DNA of 64,000 nucleotides, taken from Octopus sinensis. Taxonomy: Eukaryota. Each line of letters opens with the position of its first letter. Within the stretch, counting starts at the first letter, position 1. A program made the translations under genes and the position numbers. Location of the stretch: the NCBI RefSeq assembly GCF_006345805.1, contig NC_043000.1, positions 2,046,001 to 2,110,000 of the forward strand. The letters run 5' to 3'. Shown here piece after piece: positions 1-13,324 of this stretch. Under the pieces are notes generated by a model, which worked only from the letters and a program-made list of their open reading frames with translations, was not told the origin of the DNA and ran no database searches.

Positions 1-3000
1 TGTTACCCTTGCTCCACTCCTGTGTTACCCTTATTTACTCCTGTGTTACCCTTGCTCCACTCCTGTGTTACCCTTACTCCACTCTTGTGTTACCCTTGCT
101 ACACTCCTGTGTTACCCTTGCTTCACTCCTGTGTTACCCTTGCTCCACTCTTGTGTTACCCTTGCTCCACTCCTGTGTTACCCTTAATCCACTCCTGTGT
201 TACCCTTGCTCCACTCTTGTGTTACCCTTGCTCCACTCCTGTGTTACCCTTGCTCCACTCTTGTGTTACCCTTGCTCCACTCCTGTGTTACCCTTGCTCC
301 ACTCTTGTGTTACCCTTGCTCCACTCTTGTGTTACCCTTTCTCCACTCCTGTGTTACCCTTTCTCCACTCCTGTGTTACCCTTGCTCCACTCTTGTGTTA
401 CCCTTGCTCCACTCTTGTATTACTCTTTCTCCACTCCTGTGTTACCCTTTCTCCACTCCTGTGTTACTCTTGCTCCACTCTTGTGTAACCCTTGCTCCAC
501 TCTTGTGTTACCCTTGCTCCACTCCTGTGTTACCCTTGCTCCACTCCTGTGTTACCCTTACTCCACTCTTGTGTTACCCTTGCTCCACTCTTGTGTTACC
601 CTTCCTCCACTCCTGTGTTACCCTTGCTCCACTCCTGTGTTACCCTTGCTCCACTCCTGTGTTACTCTTGCTCCACTCTTGTGTTACCCTTGCTCCACTC
701 TTGTGTTACCCTTGCTCCACTCCTGTGTTACCCTTGCTCCACTCTTGTGTTACCCTTTCTCCACTCCTGTGTTACCCTTACCCCACTCTTGTGTTACCCT
801 TGCTCCACTCTTGTGTTACCCTTTCTCCACTCTTGTGTTACCCTTGCTCCACTCCTGTGTTACCCTTATCCTCTCCTGTGTTACCCTTGCTCCACTCCTG
901 TGTTACCCTTGCTCCACTCCTGTGTTTCCCTTGCCCCACTCCTGTGTTACCCTTGCTCCACTCTTGTGTTACCCTTGCTCCACTCCTGTGGTACCCTTGC
1001 TCCACTCCTGTGTTACCCTTGCTCCACTCTTGTGTTACCCTTGCTCCACTCCTGTGTTACCCTTAATCCACTCCTGTGTTACCCTTATCCACTCTTGTGT
1101 TACCCTTGCTCCACTCTTGTGTTACCCTTTCTCCACTCCTGTGTTACCCTTGCTCCACTCCTGTGTTACCCTTGCTCCACTCTTGTGTTACCCTTGCTCC
1201 ACTCTTGTTACCCTTTCTCCACTCCTGTGTTACCCTTGCTCCACTCCTGTGTTACACTTGCCCCACACTTGTGTTACCCTTCCTCCACTCCTGTGTTACC
1301 CTTGCTCCACTCTTGTGTTACCCTTGCTCCACTCCTGTGTTACCCTTGCTCCACTCTTGTGTTACCCTTGCCCCACTCCTGTGTTACCCTTGTTCCACTC
1401 TTGTGTTACCCTTGCTCCACTCTTGTGTTACCCTTGCTCCACTCTTGTGTTACCCTTGCTCCACTCCTGTGTTACCCTTATCCACTCCTATGTTACCCTT
1501 ATCCACTCCTGTGTTACCCTTGCTCCACTCCTGTGTTACCCTTATTTACTCCTGTGTTACCCTTGCTCCACTCCTGTGTTACCCTTGCTCCACTCCTGTG
1601 TTACCCTTGCTCCACTCTTGTGTTACCCTTGCTCCACTCTGTGTTACCCTTGCTCCACTCCTGTGTACCCTTGCTCCCTCTTGTGTTACCCTTGCTCCAC
1701 TCCTGTGTTACCCTTAATCCACTCCTGTGTTACCCTTGCTCCACTCTTGTGTTATCCTTGCTCCACTCATGTGTTACCCTTGCTCCACTCCTGTGTTACC
1801 CTTGCTCCCTCTTGGGTTATCCTGTGTTACCCTTGCTCCACTCTTGTGTTATCCTTGCTCCACTCCTGTGTTACCATTTCTCCTCTCTTGTGTTACCTTG
1901 CTCCACTCTTGTGTTACCCTTGCCCCACTCTGTGTTACCCTTGCAGCAGCACTCTTGTGTTACCACTTGCTCCACTTGTGTTACCCTTGCTCCACCTGTG
2001 TTACCCTTGCTCCACTCCTGTGTTAACCCTTGCCCCACTCTTGTGGTTACCCTTGCCCACTCCTGGTTACCCTTGCTCCACTCCTGTTACCTTGCTCCAC
2101 TTTGGTGTACCTTGCCCCCACTCCTGTGTTACCCTGGTACTCCACTCTTGTGCACCCTTGCCCCATCCTGTGTTACCCTTGTTCCAGTCTTGTGTTACCC
2201 TTGCTCCACTCTTGTGTTACCCTTGCTCCACTCTTGTGTTACCCTTGCTCCACTCTTGTGTTACCCTTGCTCCACTCCTGTGTTACCCTTATCCACTCCT
2301 GTGTTACCCTTATCCACTCCTGTGTTACCGTTGCTCCACTCCTGTGTTACCCTTATTTACTCCTGTGTTACCCTTGCTCCACTCCTGTGTTACCCTTGCT
2401 CCACTCTTGTGTTACCCTTGCTCCACTCCTGTGTTACCCTTGCTCCACTCCTGTGTTACCCTTGCTCCACTCTTGTGTTACCCTTGCTCCACTCCTGTGT
2501 TACCCTTGCTCCACTCCTGTGTTACCCTTGCTCCACTCTTGTGTTACCCTTTCTCCACTCCTGTGTTACCCTTAATCCACTCCTGTGTTACCCTTGCTCC
2601 ACTCCTGTGTTACCCTTGCTCCACTCCTGTGTTACCCTTTCTCCACTCTTGTGTTACCCTTGCACCACTCCTGTGTTACCCTTGCTCCACTCCTGTGTTA
2701 CCCTTGCTCCACTCCTGTGTTACGCTTTCTCCACTCTTGTGTTATCCTTGCTCCACTCCTGTATTACCCTTGCTCCACTCCTGTGTTACCCTTGCTCCAC
2801 ACTTGTGTTACCCTTGCTCCACTGCTGTGTTACCCTTGCTCCACTCCTGTGTTACCCTTACTCCACTCTTGTGTTACACTTGCTCCACTCTCGTGTTACC
2901 CTTGCGTCACTCTTGTGTTATCCTTGCTCCACTCCTGTGTTACCCTTTCTCCACTCTTGTGTTACCCTTGCTCCACTCTTGTGTTACCCTTGCTCCACTC

Positions 3001-6000
3001 CTGTGTTACCCTTGCTCCACTCTTGTGTTACCCTTACTCCACTCTTGTGTTACCCTTTCTCCACTCCTGTGTTACCCTTGCTCCACTCTTGTGTTACCCT
3101 TGCTCCTCTCTTGTACTACTCTTTCTCCACTCCTGTGTTACCCTTTCTCCACTCCTGTGTTACCCTTGCTCCACTCTTGTGTTACCCTTGCTCCACTCTT
3201 GTTTTACCCTTGCTCCACTCCTGTGTTACCCTTGCTCCACTCCTGTGTTACCCTTGCTCCACTCTTGTGTTACCCTTGCTCCACTCTTGTGTTACCCTTC
3301 CTCCACTCCTGTGTTACCCTTGCTCCACTCCTGTGTTACCCTTGCCCACTCCTGTGTTACCCTTGTTCCAGTCTTGTGTTACCCTTGCCCCACTCCTGTG
3401 TTACCCTTGTTCTACTCTTGTGTTACCCTTGCTCCACTCTTGTGTTACCCTTGCTCCACTCCTGTGTTACCCTTATCCACTCCTGTGTTACCCTTGCTCC
3501 ACTCCTGTGTTACCCTTATTTACTCCTGTGTTACCCTTGCTCCACTCCTGTGTTACCCTTACTCCACTCTTGTGTTACCCTTGCTCCACTCCTGTGTTAC
3601 CCTTGCTTCACTCCTGTGTTACCCTTGCTCCACTCTTGTGTTACCCTTGCTCCACTCCTGTGTTACCCTTGCTCCACTCTTGTGTTACCCTTGCTCCACT
3701 CCTGTGTTACCCTTGCTCCACTCCTGTGTTACCCTTGCTCCACTCCTGTGTTACCGTTGCTCCGCTCCTGTGTTACCCTTGCTCCACTCCTGTGTTACCC
3801 TTGCTCCACTCCTGTGTTACCGTTGCTCCACTCCTGTGTTACCGTTGCTCCACTCTTGTGTTACCCTTGCACCACTCCTGTGTTACCCTTGCTCCACTCC
3901 TGTGTTACCCTTGCTCCACTCCTGTGTTACCCTTGCTCCACTCCTGTGTTACCCTTGCGCCACTCCTGTGTTACCCTTTCTCCACTCCTGTGTTACCCTT
4001 GCTCCACTCCTGTGTTACCCTTGCTCCACACTGTGTTTACCCTTGCTCCACTCCTGTGTTACCCTTGCTCCACTCCTGTGTTGCCCTTGCTCCACTCCTG
4101 TGTTACCCTTGCTCCACTCTTGTGTTACCCTTGCTCAACTCTGTGTTACCCTGCTCCACTCTTGTGTTATCCTTTCTCCACTCCTGTGTACCCTTAATCC
4201 CTCCTGTGTTACCCTTGCTCCACTCCTGTGTTACCCTTGCTCCATCCTGTGTTACCCTGCTCCACTCTTGTGTTACCCTTGCTCAACTCCTGTGTTACCC
4301 TTGCTCCACTCCTGTGTTACCCTTGCTCCACTCTGTGTTACCCTTGCTCCACTCCTGTGTTACCCTTACTCCACTCTTGTGTACACTTGCTCCACTCTCG
4401 TGTTACCCTTGCTTCACTCTTGTGTTACCTTGCTCCACTCCTGTGTTACCCTTTCTCCACTTTGGTTACCCTTGCTCCAGTCCTGTGTTACCCTTGCACA
4501 CTCCTGTGTTACCCTTGCTCCACTCTTGTGTTACCCTTGCTCAACTCCTGTTTACCCTTGCTCCACTCCTGTGTTACTCTTGCTCCACTCTTGTGTTACC
4601 CTTTCCACTCCTGTGTTACCCTTGCTCCACTCCTGTGTTACCCTTGCTCCACTCTGTGTTACCCTTGCTCCACTCCTGTGTTACCTTGCTCCACTCTGTG
4701 TTACCCTTGCTCCACTCCTGTGTTACCCTTGCTCCACTCCTGTGTTACCCTTGCTCCACTCCTGTGTTACCCTTTCTCCACTCTTGTGTTATCCTTGCTC
4801 CACTCCTGTGTTACCCTTGCTCCACTCCTGTGTTACCCTTGCTCCACACTTGTGTTACCCTTGCTCCACTCTTGTGTTACCCTTGCTCCACTCCTGTGTT
4901 ACCCTTACTCCACTCTTGTGTTACACTTGCTCCACTCTCGTGTTACCCTTGCTTCACTCTTGTGTTATCCTTGCTCCACTCCTGTGTTACCCTTTCTCCA
5001 CTCTTGTGTTACCCTTGCTCCACTCTTGTGTTACCCTTGCTCCACTCCTGTGTTACCCTTGCTCCACTCTTGTGTTACCCTTTCTCCACTCCTGTGTTAC
5101 CCTTCCTCCACTCTTGTGTTACCCTTGCTCCACTCTTGTGTTACCCTTTCTCCACTCCTGTGTTACCCTTGCTCCACTCCTGTGTTACCCTTGCTCTATT
5201 CCTGTGTTACCCTTGCCCCACACTTGTGTTACCCTTGCTCCACTCCTGTGTTACCCTTGCTCCACTCCTGTGTTACCCTTGCTCCACTCTTGTGTTATCC
5301 TTGCTCCACTCCTGTGTTACCCTTGCTCCACTCCTGTGTTACCCTTGCTCCACCTTGTGTTACCCTTGCTCCACTCCTGTGTTACCTTGCTCCACTCTGT
5401 GTTACCCTTGCTCCACTCTTGTGTTACCCTTGCTCCACTGTTGTGTTACCCTTGCACACTCCTGTGTTACCCTTGCTCCACTCTCTGTGTTACCCTTGCT
5501 CCACTCCTTGTGGTACCCTTGCTCCACTTCTGTGTTACCCTTGCTCCACTCCTGTGTTACCCTTGCTCCACTCTGTGTTACCCTTGCTCCACTCTTGTGT
5601 TACCCTTGCTCCACTCCTGTGTTACCCTTGCTCCACTCTTGTGTTACCCTTGCTCCACTCCTGTGTTACCCTTGTTCCACTCTTGTGTTACCCTTGCTCC
5701 ACTCTTGTGTTACCCTTGCTCCACTCCTGTGTTACCCTTATCCACTCCTGTGTTACCCTATCCACTCCTGTGTTACCCTGCTCCACTCCTGTGTACCCTT
5801 ATTACTCCTGTGTTACCCTTGCTCCACTCCTGTGTTACCCTTGCTCCACTCTTGTGTTACCCTTGCTCCACTCCTGTGTTACCCTTGCTCCACTCCTGTG
5901 TTACCCTTGCTCCACTCTTGTGTTACCCTTGCTCCACTCCTGTGTTACCCTTAATCCACTCCTGTGTTACCCTTGCTCCACTCTTGTGTTACCCTTGCTC

Positions 6001-9000
6001 CACTCATGTGTTACCCTTGCTCCACTCTTGTGTTACCCTTGCTCCACTCCTGTGTTACCCTTGCTCCACTCTTGTGTTACCCTTGCTCCACTCCTGTGTT
6101 ACCCTTGTTCCACTCTTGTGTTACCCTTGCCCCACTCCTGTGTTACCCTTGTTCCACTCTTGTGTTACCCTTGCTCCACTCTTGTGTTACCCTTGCTCCA
6201 CTCTTGTGTTACCCTTGCTCCACTCCTGTGTTACCCTTATCCACTCCTGTGTTACCCTTGCTCCACTCTTGTGTTACCCCTGCTTCACTCTTGTGTTATC
6301 CTTGCTCCACTCCTGTGTTACCCTTTCTCCACTCTTGTGTTACCCTTTCTCCACTCTTGTGTTACCCTTGCTCCACTCTTGTGTTACCCTTGCTCCACTC
6401 CTGTATACCCTTGCTCCACTTGTGTTACCCTTTCTCCACTCTTGTGTTACCCTTGCTCACTCTGTGTTACCCTTCTCCACTCCTGTGTTACCCTTGCTCC
6501 ACTTGTGTTACCCTTGCTCCACTCTTGGTACCCTTGCTCCACTCCTGTGTTACCCTGTCTCCACTCTGTGTTACCTTATCCACTCCTGTGTTTCCCTTGC
6601 CCACCACTGTGTTAACCTTATCCACTCCTGTGTTACCCTTGCTCCACTCCTGTGTTACCCTTATCCACTCCTGTGTTTCCCTTGCCCCACTCCTGTGTTA
6701 CCCTTGCTCCACTATTGTGTTACCCTTGCTCCACTCCTGTGTTACCCTTGCTCCACTCCTGTGTTACCCTTGCTCCACTCTTGTGTTACCCTTAATCCAC
6801 TCTTGTGTTACCCTTAACCCACTCCTGTGTTACCCTTATCTACTCTTGTGTTACCCTTGCGCCACTCTTGTGTTACCCTTTCTCCACTCCTGTGTTACCC
6901 TTGTTCCACTCCTGTGTTACCCTTGCTCCACTCCTGTGTTACCCTTGCTCCACTCTTGTGTTATCCTTGCTCCACTCTTGTGTTACCCTTTCTCCACTCT
7001 TGTGTTACCCTTTCTCCACTCTTGTGTTACCCTTGCTCCACTCTTGTGTTACCCTTGCTCCACTCCTGTGTTACCCTTGCTCCACTCCTGTGTTACCCTT
7101 GCTCCACTCTTGTGTTACCCTTGCTCCACTCCTGTGTTACCCTTGCTCCACTCCTATGTTACCCTTGCTCCACTCCTGTGTTACCCTTGCTCCACTCCTG
7201 TGTTACCCTTGCTCCACTCTTGTGTTATCCTTGCTCCACTCCTGTGTTACCCTTGCTCCACTCCTGTTTTACCCTTGCTCCACTGTTGTTACCCTTGCTC
7301 CACTCTTGTTACCCTTGCTCCACTCCTGTGTTACCCTTTCTCCACTCTTGTGTTATCCTTGCTCCACATCTGTGTTACCCTTGCTCCACTCCTGTGTTAC
7401 CCTTGCTCCACTCCTGTGTTTCCCTTGCTCCACTCCTGTGTTACCCTTGCTCCACTCTTGTGTTACCCTTGCTCCACTCTTGTGTTACCCTTGCTCCACT
7501 CTTGTGTTACCCTTGCTCCACTCTTGTGTTATCCTTGCTCCACTCCTGTGTTATCCTTGCTCCACTCCTGTGTTACCCTTCCTCCACTCTTTTTATCCTT
7601 GCTCTGTTCCTATTATACTTGCTCTAATATTGTTACCATTGCTCCACTCTTGTTAGACTTGTTCCACTCTCATGTTACTCTTTATTCTGCACTTCTTACC
7701 TTTTCTCCATTTCTGTGTTACTCTTTGCTCCACTCCTGTTATCCTTGATCCATTCATGTATTACCCTTGCTCCACTCATGTATTACCTTTTTCTGAATCA
7801 CATGTTACCTTTGTTCCACTCACAGGTTACCCTTGTTTCACTCAATGTGTTACCTCTGCTCCACTCATCCATTGCCCTTGCTCCACCTATGAGTTACCCT
7901 TGCTCCACTTGTGTTACCCTGTCCCAATCTTGTGTTACCCTTGCTCCACTCCTGTGTTACCCTTTCTCCACTCCTGTGTTACCCTTTCTCCACTCTTGTG
8001 TTACCCTTGCTCCACTCTTGTATACCCTTCTCACTCCTGTGTTACCCTTTTCCCTACTGTGTTACCCTTATCCACTCCTGTGTTTCCCTTGCCCCACTCC
8101 TGTGTTACCCTTATCCACCCTGTGTTACCCTTGCTCACTCCTGTGTTACCCTTATCCACTCCTGGGTTTCCCTTGCCCCACTCGTGTTACCCTTGCTCCA
8201 CTATTGTGTTACCCTTGCTCCACTCCTGTTACCCCTTGCTCCACTCCTGTGTTTACCCTTGCTCCACTCTTGTGTTACCCTTAATCCACTCTTGTGTTAC
8301 CCTTAACCCACTCCTGTGTTACCCTTATCTACTCTTGTGTTACCCTTGCGCCACTCTTGTGTTACCCTTTCTCCACTCCTGTGTTACCCTTGTTCCACTC
8401 CTGTGTTACCCTTGCTCCACTCCTGTGTTACCCTTGCTCCACTCTTGTGTTATCCTTGCTCCACTCTTGTGTTACCCTTTCTCCACTCTTGTGTTACCCT
8501 TTCTCCACTCTTGTGTTACCCTTGCTCCACTCTTGTGTTACCCTTGCTCCACTCCTGTGTTACCCTTGCTCCACTCCTGTGTTACCCTTGCTCCACTCTT
8601 GTGTTACCCTTGCTCCACTCCTGTGTTACCCTTGCTCCACTCTTGTGTTACCCTTGCTCCACTCTTGTGTTACCCTTGCTCCACTCTTGTGTTACCTTTG
8701 CTCCACTCTTGTGTTATCCTTGCTCCACTCCTGTGTTATCCTTGCTCCACTCCTGTGTTACCCTTCCTCCACTCTTTTTATCCTTGCTCTGTTCCTGTTA
8801 TACTTGCTCTAATAATGTTACCATTGCTCCACTCTTGTTAGACTTGTTCCACTCTCATGTTACTCTTTATTCTGCACTTCTTACCTTTTCTCCATTTCTG
8901 TGTTACTCTTTGCTCCACTCCTGTTATCCTTGATCCATTCATGTATTACCCTTGCTCCACTCATGTATTACCTTTTTCTGAATCACATGTTACCTTTGTT

Positions 9001-9440
9001 CCACTCACAGGTTACCCTTGTTTCACTCAATGTGTTACCTCTGCTCCACTCATCCATTGCCCTTGCTCCACCTATGAGTTACCCTTGCTCCACTTGTGTT
9101 ACCCTGCTCCACTCATGTTACTGTTGCACCACTCCTGCTACTCTTGCTCCCCCCCTCCAGTATTATTCTTTACTCCACACTTGTTACCCTTACACACCTG
9201 TGTTACTCTTTACTCCACTCTTGTTACCCTTACTCAATTCCCATGTTTCTCTTTGCTCCACCTTTGTGTTATCCTTTGTCCTCCTTTTATGTTACTCTTT
9301 GTTCCACTCCTGTTCTTAGCCTTTTCCTGTTTACGCTTAAATCCCTTCTGTATTACCTCTTTATTTTCCTTTTATATTATCCTTATTTCACTTGACCATT
9401 ATCCATTTTCTGTTCCTGTAATCACCCCATTTCTACTTAC
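1..9440. repeat. 22-bp tandem satellite, consensus C(C/T)TGTGTTACCCTTGCTCCACT; runs off the window start and degenerates at the right edge
   Basis: Unit read directly and repeated hundreds of times. Homogeneous to ~7580 and at ~7920-8765; degenerate at 7580-7920 and 8765-9440. Confidence 0.98.
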
Positions 9441-10070
9441 AGCCTGCCTTAAACCCAGAAGGTCAAAGAACCTCTGACTATGTCTTTCTCAACAAATGGA
9501 AAGCTAAGAACCATCACTATATCCGTGGAGAAGTGGTCTCACTAATGTAAGTTGATACTTTCTTAAGACTCCTCTTTCATACGAGTTCTATCATAGCTTA
9601 ATTGACATTATAACTTTCATGTAATAAATTGGTGTGTCTTAACATATATTAACTGATGTCATAACATGTACTGTATCCTAATTCATGTTAAAATATTTTC
9701 TGTGCCATAATTGATGCTTTGACACCTGTTATACTTTAACTAATGTTTTAACACTCACCATGGTGTCAGAACACCTGCCATGTCTAAACTAATGTTATAA
9801 TTTCTATTATATCATGATTGATGTATTGATATCTATCATATTTTAACTGCTGTCATAACTTTTATCATTTCATATTGGCTATCATAGCACTGACCATAAC
9901 TCAACTGATGTCATATTACACACCATATCATAACTGATGTCATGACATTTTATCTGCTGTCATAACATCTACATGTCTTAACCAATATCATAAAATCTAC
10001 TCTATCATAACCGATGTCTTGGTATTTATAAAATTTTGGAGGGTGCCATAAACATTGTCATTTCATAAAT

Positions 10071-10302
10071 GGCGGCGAGCTGGCAGAAACGTTAGCACGC
10101 CGGGCGAAATGCTTAGTGGTACTTCGTCTGCTGTTACATTCTGAGTTAAAATTCTGCCGAGGTCGACTTTGCCTTTCATCCTTTCGGGGTCGATAAATTA
10201 AGTACCAGTTACGCACTGGGGTCGATGTAATTGACTTAATCCGTTTGTCTGTCCTTGTTTGTCCACTCTGTGTTTAGCCCCTTGTGGGTAGTAAAGGAAT
10301 AA
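10071..10302 (+). mobile_element. SINE family A (tRNA-like head GGCGGCGAGCTGGCAGAA..., tail ...TAGCCCCTTGTGGG(T/C)A(G/A)TAAAGAAATA)
   Basis: Same ~230-bp sequence recurs at 12.2, 24.2, 33.3 and 47.1 kb, with core GCCTTTCATCCTTTCGGGGTCGATAAATTAAGTACCAG. Confidence 0.85.
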
Positions 10303-10769
10303 GTAACAGATATAATATCTGTCATGTCATAACTGTTGGCATAGCACATTGTAACTGATATAATACCTTCTTTTCAGACCTGTATTGTAACTGATATCCT
10401 ACCATTTATCTATCACAATTACTATTTTAACACCCATCATATTGTAACAGTTGTTATAACTTTTTCATGTCATAACTGATATCATAATACCTGCCATGTT
10501 ATAACTTATGTAAGTGGTATAATATCTGGTATGCTTCAGCATCTGTCAATTTAGCCATGTTATAACTAACTGATCTAATGTGGCGATTGTTTATCACCAT
10601 CATCATTGTCATTGTCACACTCAGCATCATCATCATCACCACCACCACCACCATCATCATCATTTGTCTGTTCACTCTGTTGACATGGGTTTGATAGGTC
10701 ACTATAGTTTGAGTTCTAATTCTGAGGTTGGAGGATCATGTCTTGCCTGTATATTTAATTTTTGGCTTA

Positions 10770-11230
10770 GTTTAATATCTGGATGCTACTCTTGTTACCA
10801 CCCACTTTATTGAATGTACTTGGTGCATTTTATCATGGCACCAGCATTAGAGAGGTTATCATGTCTTTGACAAGACAAGACTAAAGGGTTTTCTGGATTC
10901 TCTATTCTCTCCATGCTGGGGGCATTTTATTGTGACTCTAGCACCAGTGAGATTACATCGTACCCTGAAAGACACGAGTCCCACATACCTCTTTGTCACT
11001 GTTCTAAGCAATGAGATCATAGTGTGGGTAAAGGAGGACCTCTCCAAACTCTCAGGTCCACAGGTGGTCGATCTGCACAGATGGAACCGCGAATGGCTTG
11101 CTATCTCCAGTGACCTCGCACAGGACTGTCGAGTGTAGGCCATCAGGACCAGAGAAGAAGCCGGCTCAACCCACCCTGGGCAAATGCCGTCACAAGTACA
11201 AGTAAGTGTGGGTAAAGATGATGATTGGTG
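10770..11230 (-). mobile_element. Old LINE 3'UTR-like fragment related to family C
   Basis: Minus strand ends in TGGTGCCATGATAAAATGCACC...GCATCCAG, a degenerate family C motif, and shows weak similarity to 48470-48600. Confidence 0.4.
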
Positions 11231-11322
11231 AAGTTTGAGAAAGAGGTGTGTGTACGAAGCAGGAGAACAAAATGATTGAGCTGAATGATAGAAAAAGAGG
11301 CTGAAATGGGAAAAACAGTTAT

Positions 11323-11324
<2 letters not shown>

Positions 11325-11375
<51 letters not shown>
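11325..11375. repeat. (AG)n microsatellite
   Basis: About 25 AG units. Confidence 0.95.
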
Positions 11376-11379
<4 letters not shown>

Positions 11380-12172
11380 AACTAATGGAAGCTACATGGT
11401 TGCTGGTAAGAGAGATAGTGAGTGATAGATTGTCATGGAAATGGGTAGAGGTAAGAGTGGCCTGGGGAGAGAAAGTGGCCTGGGGAGAGAAAGTGGGAAT
11501 GGTACCTGGCTGTATAGAGAGTGTGTGTGTGTGTGTGTAATGGGTAGTCAGAGAGTGACCTGAGAGAAGGGGAATGATGACAAGCATCACAGGAGGGTAA
11601 ATGGCAAGATGTATTGGATACTAGCAGAGATGATGTAATCTTTTGTTACTCAGGCAGAAAGATGGAAGAGAGAGAGACAAGTGGAGAGCTATGGACAGCT
11701 GTAGAGGAGATTGCATATGAATAGATCTAAAATTATCCTTCATTACAGGTGACATAGCACAGTGAACAAGAGACTGGATGATAAATGGAAAGATATTGAA
11801 TAGCAGAAGGGTTAGAAGATGAAGACTTATAAAATTGGCAAAAGATCTCGGTTCGGATCTATATATCCTCACCTCCTTAACCAGTGTTGCAATATCTGCT
11901 TCTTGCAGCAGATACAATGTCTACCATGTTATAATTGATATCATAACATTTACTATTCTGTAATGCAGTGTTACATTATCCAATATGTTGTGACTGATGT
12001 CATAATCTCGCTTCTATCACAACTGATATCATAATGTCTTTCATACTGAACTGATATCATTGCATCTATCATATTATAACCAATGTCATAATTTTTACTG
12101 TTATAATACATTAATATGATGAGCCAATGAGAGAGCCTGTGTAGTCATGTGACATGATAGAAATGGTAAAAA

Positions 12173-12595
12173 GGCAGTGAGCTGGAAAAGGTGGCGAGCT
12201 GGCAGAATCATTAGCAAGCCAGGCGAAATGCTTAGCAGTATTTCGTCTGCCGTTACGTTCTGAGCTCAAATTCCGCTGAGGTCGACTTTGTGTTTCATCC
12301 TTTTGGGGTCGATTAAATAAGTACCAGTTACACACTGGGGTTGATGTAATCGATTTGTCTGTCATTGTTTGTCCCCTCTGTGTTTAGCCCCTTGTGGGTA
12401 GTAAAGAAATAGCTATTTCGTCTGCTGTTACGTTCTGAGTTCAAATTCCGCCAAGGTCGACTTTGCCTTTCATCCTTTCGCGGTCAATAAATTAAGTACC
12501 AGTTACTCACTGGGTTCGATCTAATCAACTTAATCCCTTTGTTTGTCCTTGTTTGTCTCCTCTATATTTAGCCCCTTGTGGGCAATAAAGAAATA
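12173..12595 (+). mobile_element. SINE family A, partial dimer with a 14-bp target-site duplication
   Basis: Full unit plus an internally restarted unit; AGAAATGGTAAAAA at 12159-12172 and 12596-12609. Confidence 0.85.
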
Positions 12596-12778
12596 AGAAA
12601 TGGTAAAAAATTTTCCTCAGATTGTACCACTATCAGCTTTAAAAGAAAGAAAGAATAAATATCAAGGATACATGAGATAATTTAGTTATGGATAACCAAA
12701 AAGGTTGGCTGGTCACATCTGGAACGTCTTTGATCATAGATCTGCTCAACAAAGACAACAAACAGAATGACAAGCACT

Positions 12779-13200
12779 TACTCTTTTACTCTTTTACTTG
12801 TTTCAGTCATTTGACTGCGGCCATGCTGGAGCACCGCCTTTAGTCGAGCAAATCGACCCCGGGACTTATTCTTTTTGTAAGCCCAGTACTTATTCTATCG
12901 GTCTCTTTTGCCGAACCGCTAAGTGACGGGGACGTAAACACACCAGCATCGGTTGTCAAGCGATGCTAGGGGGACAAACACAGACACACAAACACACATA
13001 CATACATACATATATATACATATATATATATATATACATATATACGACAGGCTTCTTTCAGCTTCCGTCTACCAAATCCACTCACAAGGCATTGGTCGGC
13101 CCGGGGCTATAGCAGAAGACACTTGCCCAAGATGCCACGCAGTGGGGCTGAACCCGGAACCATGTGATTGGTTAGCAAGCTACTTACCACACAGCCACTC
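12779..13200 (-). mobile_element. SINE family B (tRNA head GAGTGGCTGTGTGGTAAG...GGTTCAGTCCC, internal (TA)n/(TG)n, tail (AAAGAGT)n)
   Basis: A-box/B-box-like head, CCTTGGGCAAGT motif, and more than 15 copies in the window. Confidence 0.9.
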
Positions 13201-13324
13201 ATACATACATTTTATATTAAAACATGTCATATATTCTGCTCTCTTATGACAATACAAGCTGGTTATTAATACTGTTGGAATGGCATCCAAGGCCAAAAGA
13301 TTATTAACTTCATTATGATCTTTT

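Larger units (their letters stand above)
9600..12115. repeat. Old degenerate minisatellite (CATAACTGATGT-like motif), interrupted by SINE/LINE insertions
   Basis: Recurring ATCATAACTGATGTCATAAC-like words at ~9650-10020, 10320-10560 and 11930-12110. Confidence 0.5.

Noticed and set aside
1-9440. Telomere or CRISPR array interpretation
   Set aside because: The unit has TTACCC rather than tandem TAACCC, and there are no unique spacers between repeats.
9-9477. Very long Cys/Leu/Pro-rich ORFs (up to 1820 aa) on the plus strand
   Set aside because: They are the 22-bp satellite read in all three frames; the C/T-rich strand has almost no stop codons. There is no unique N- or C-terminal domain.
10859-11590. 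243-aa minus-strand ORF
   Set aside because: It runs through (CA)n and (CT)n microsatellites and a LINE 3'UTR-like fragment, with no recognisable domain.
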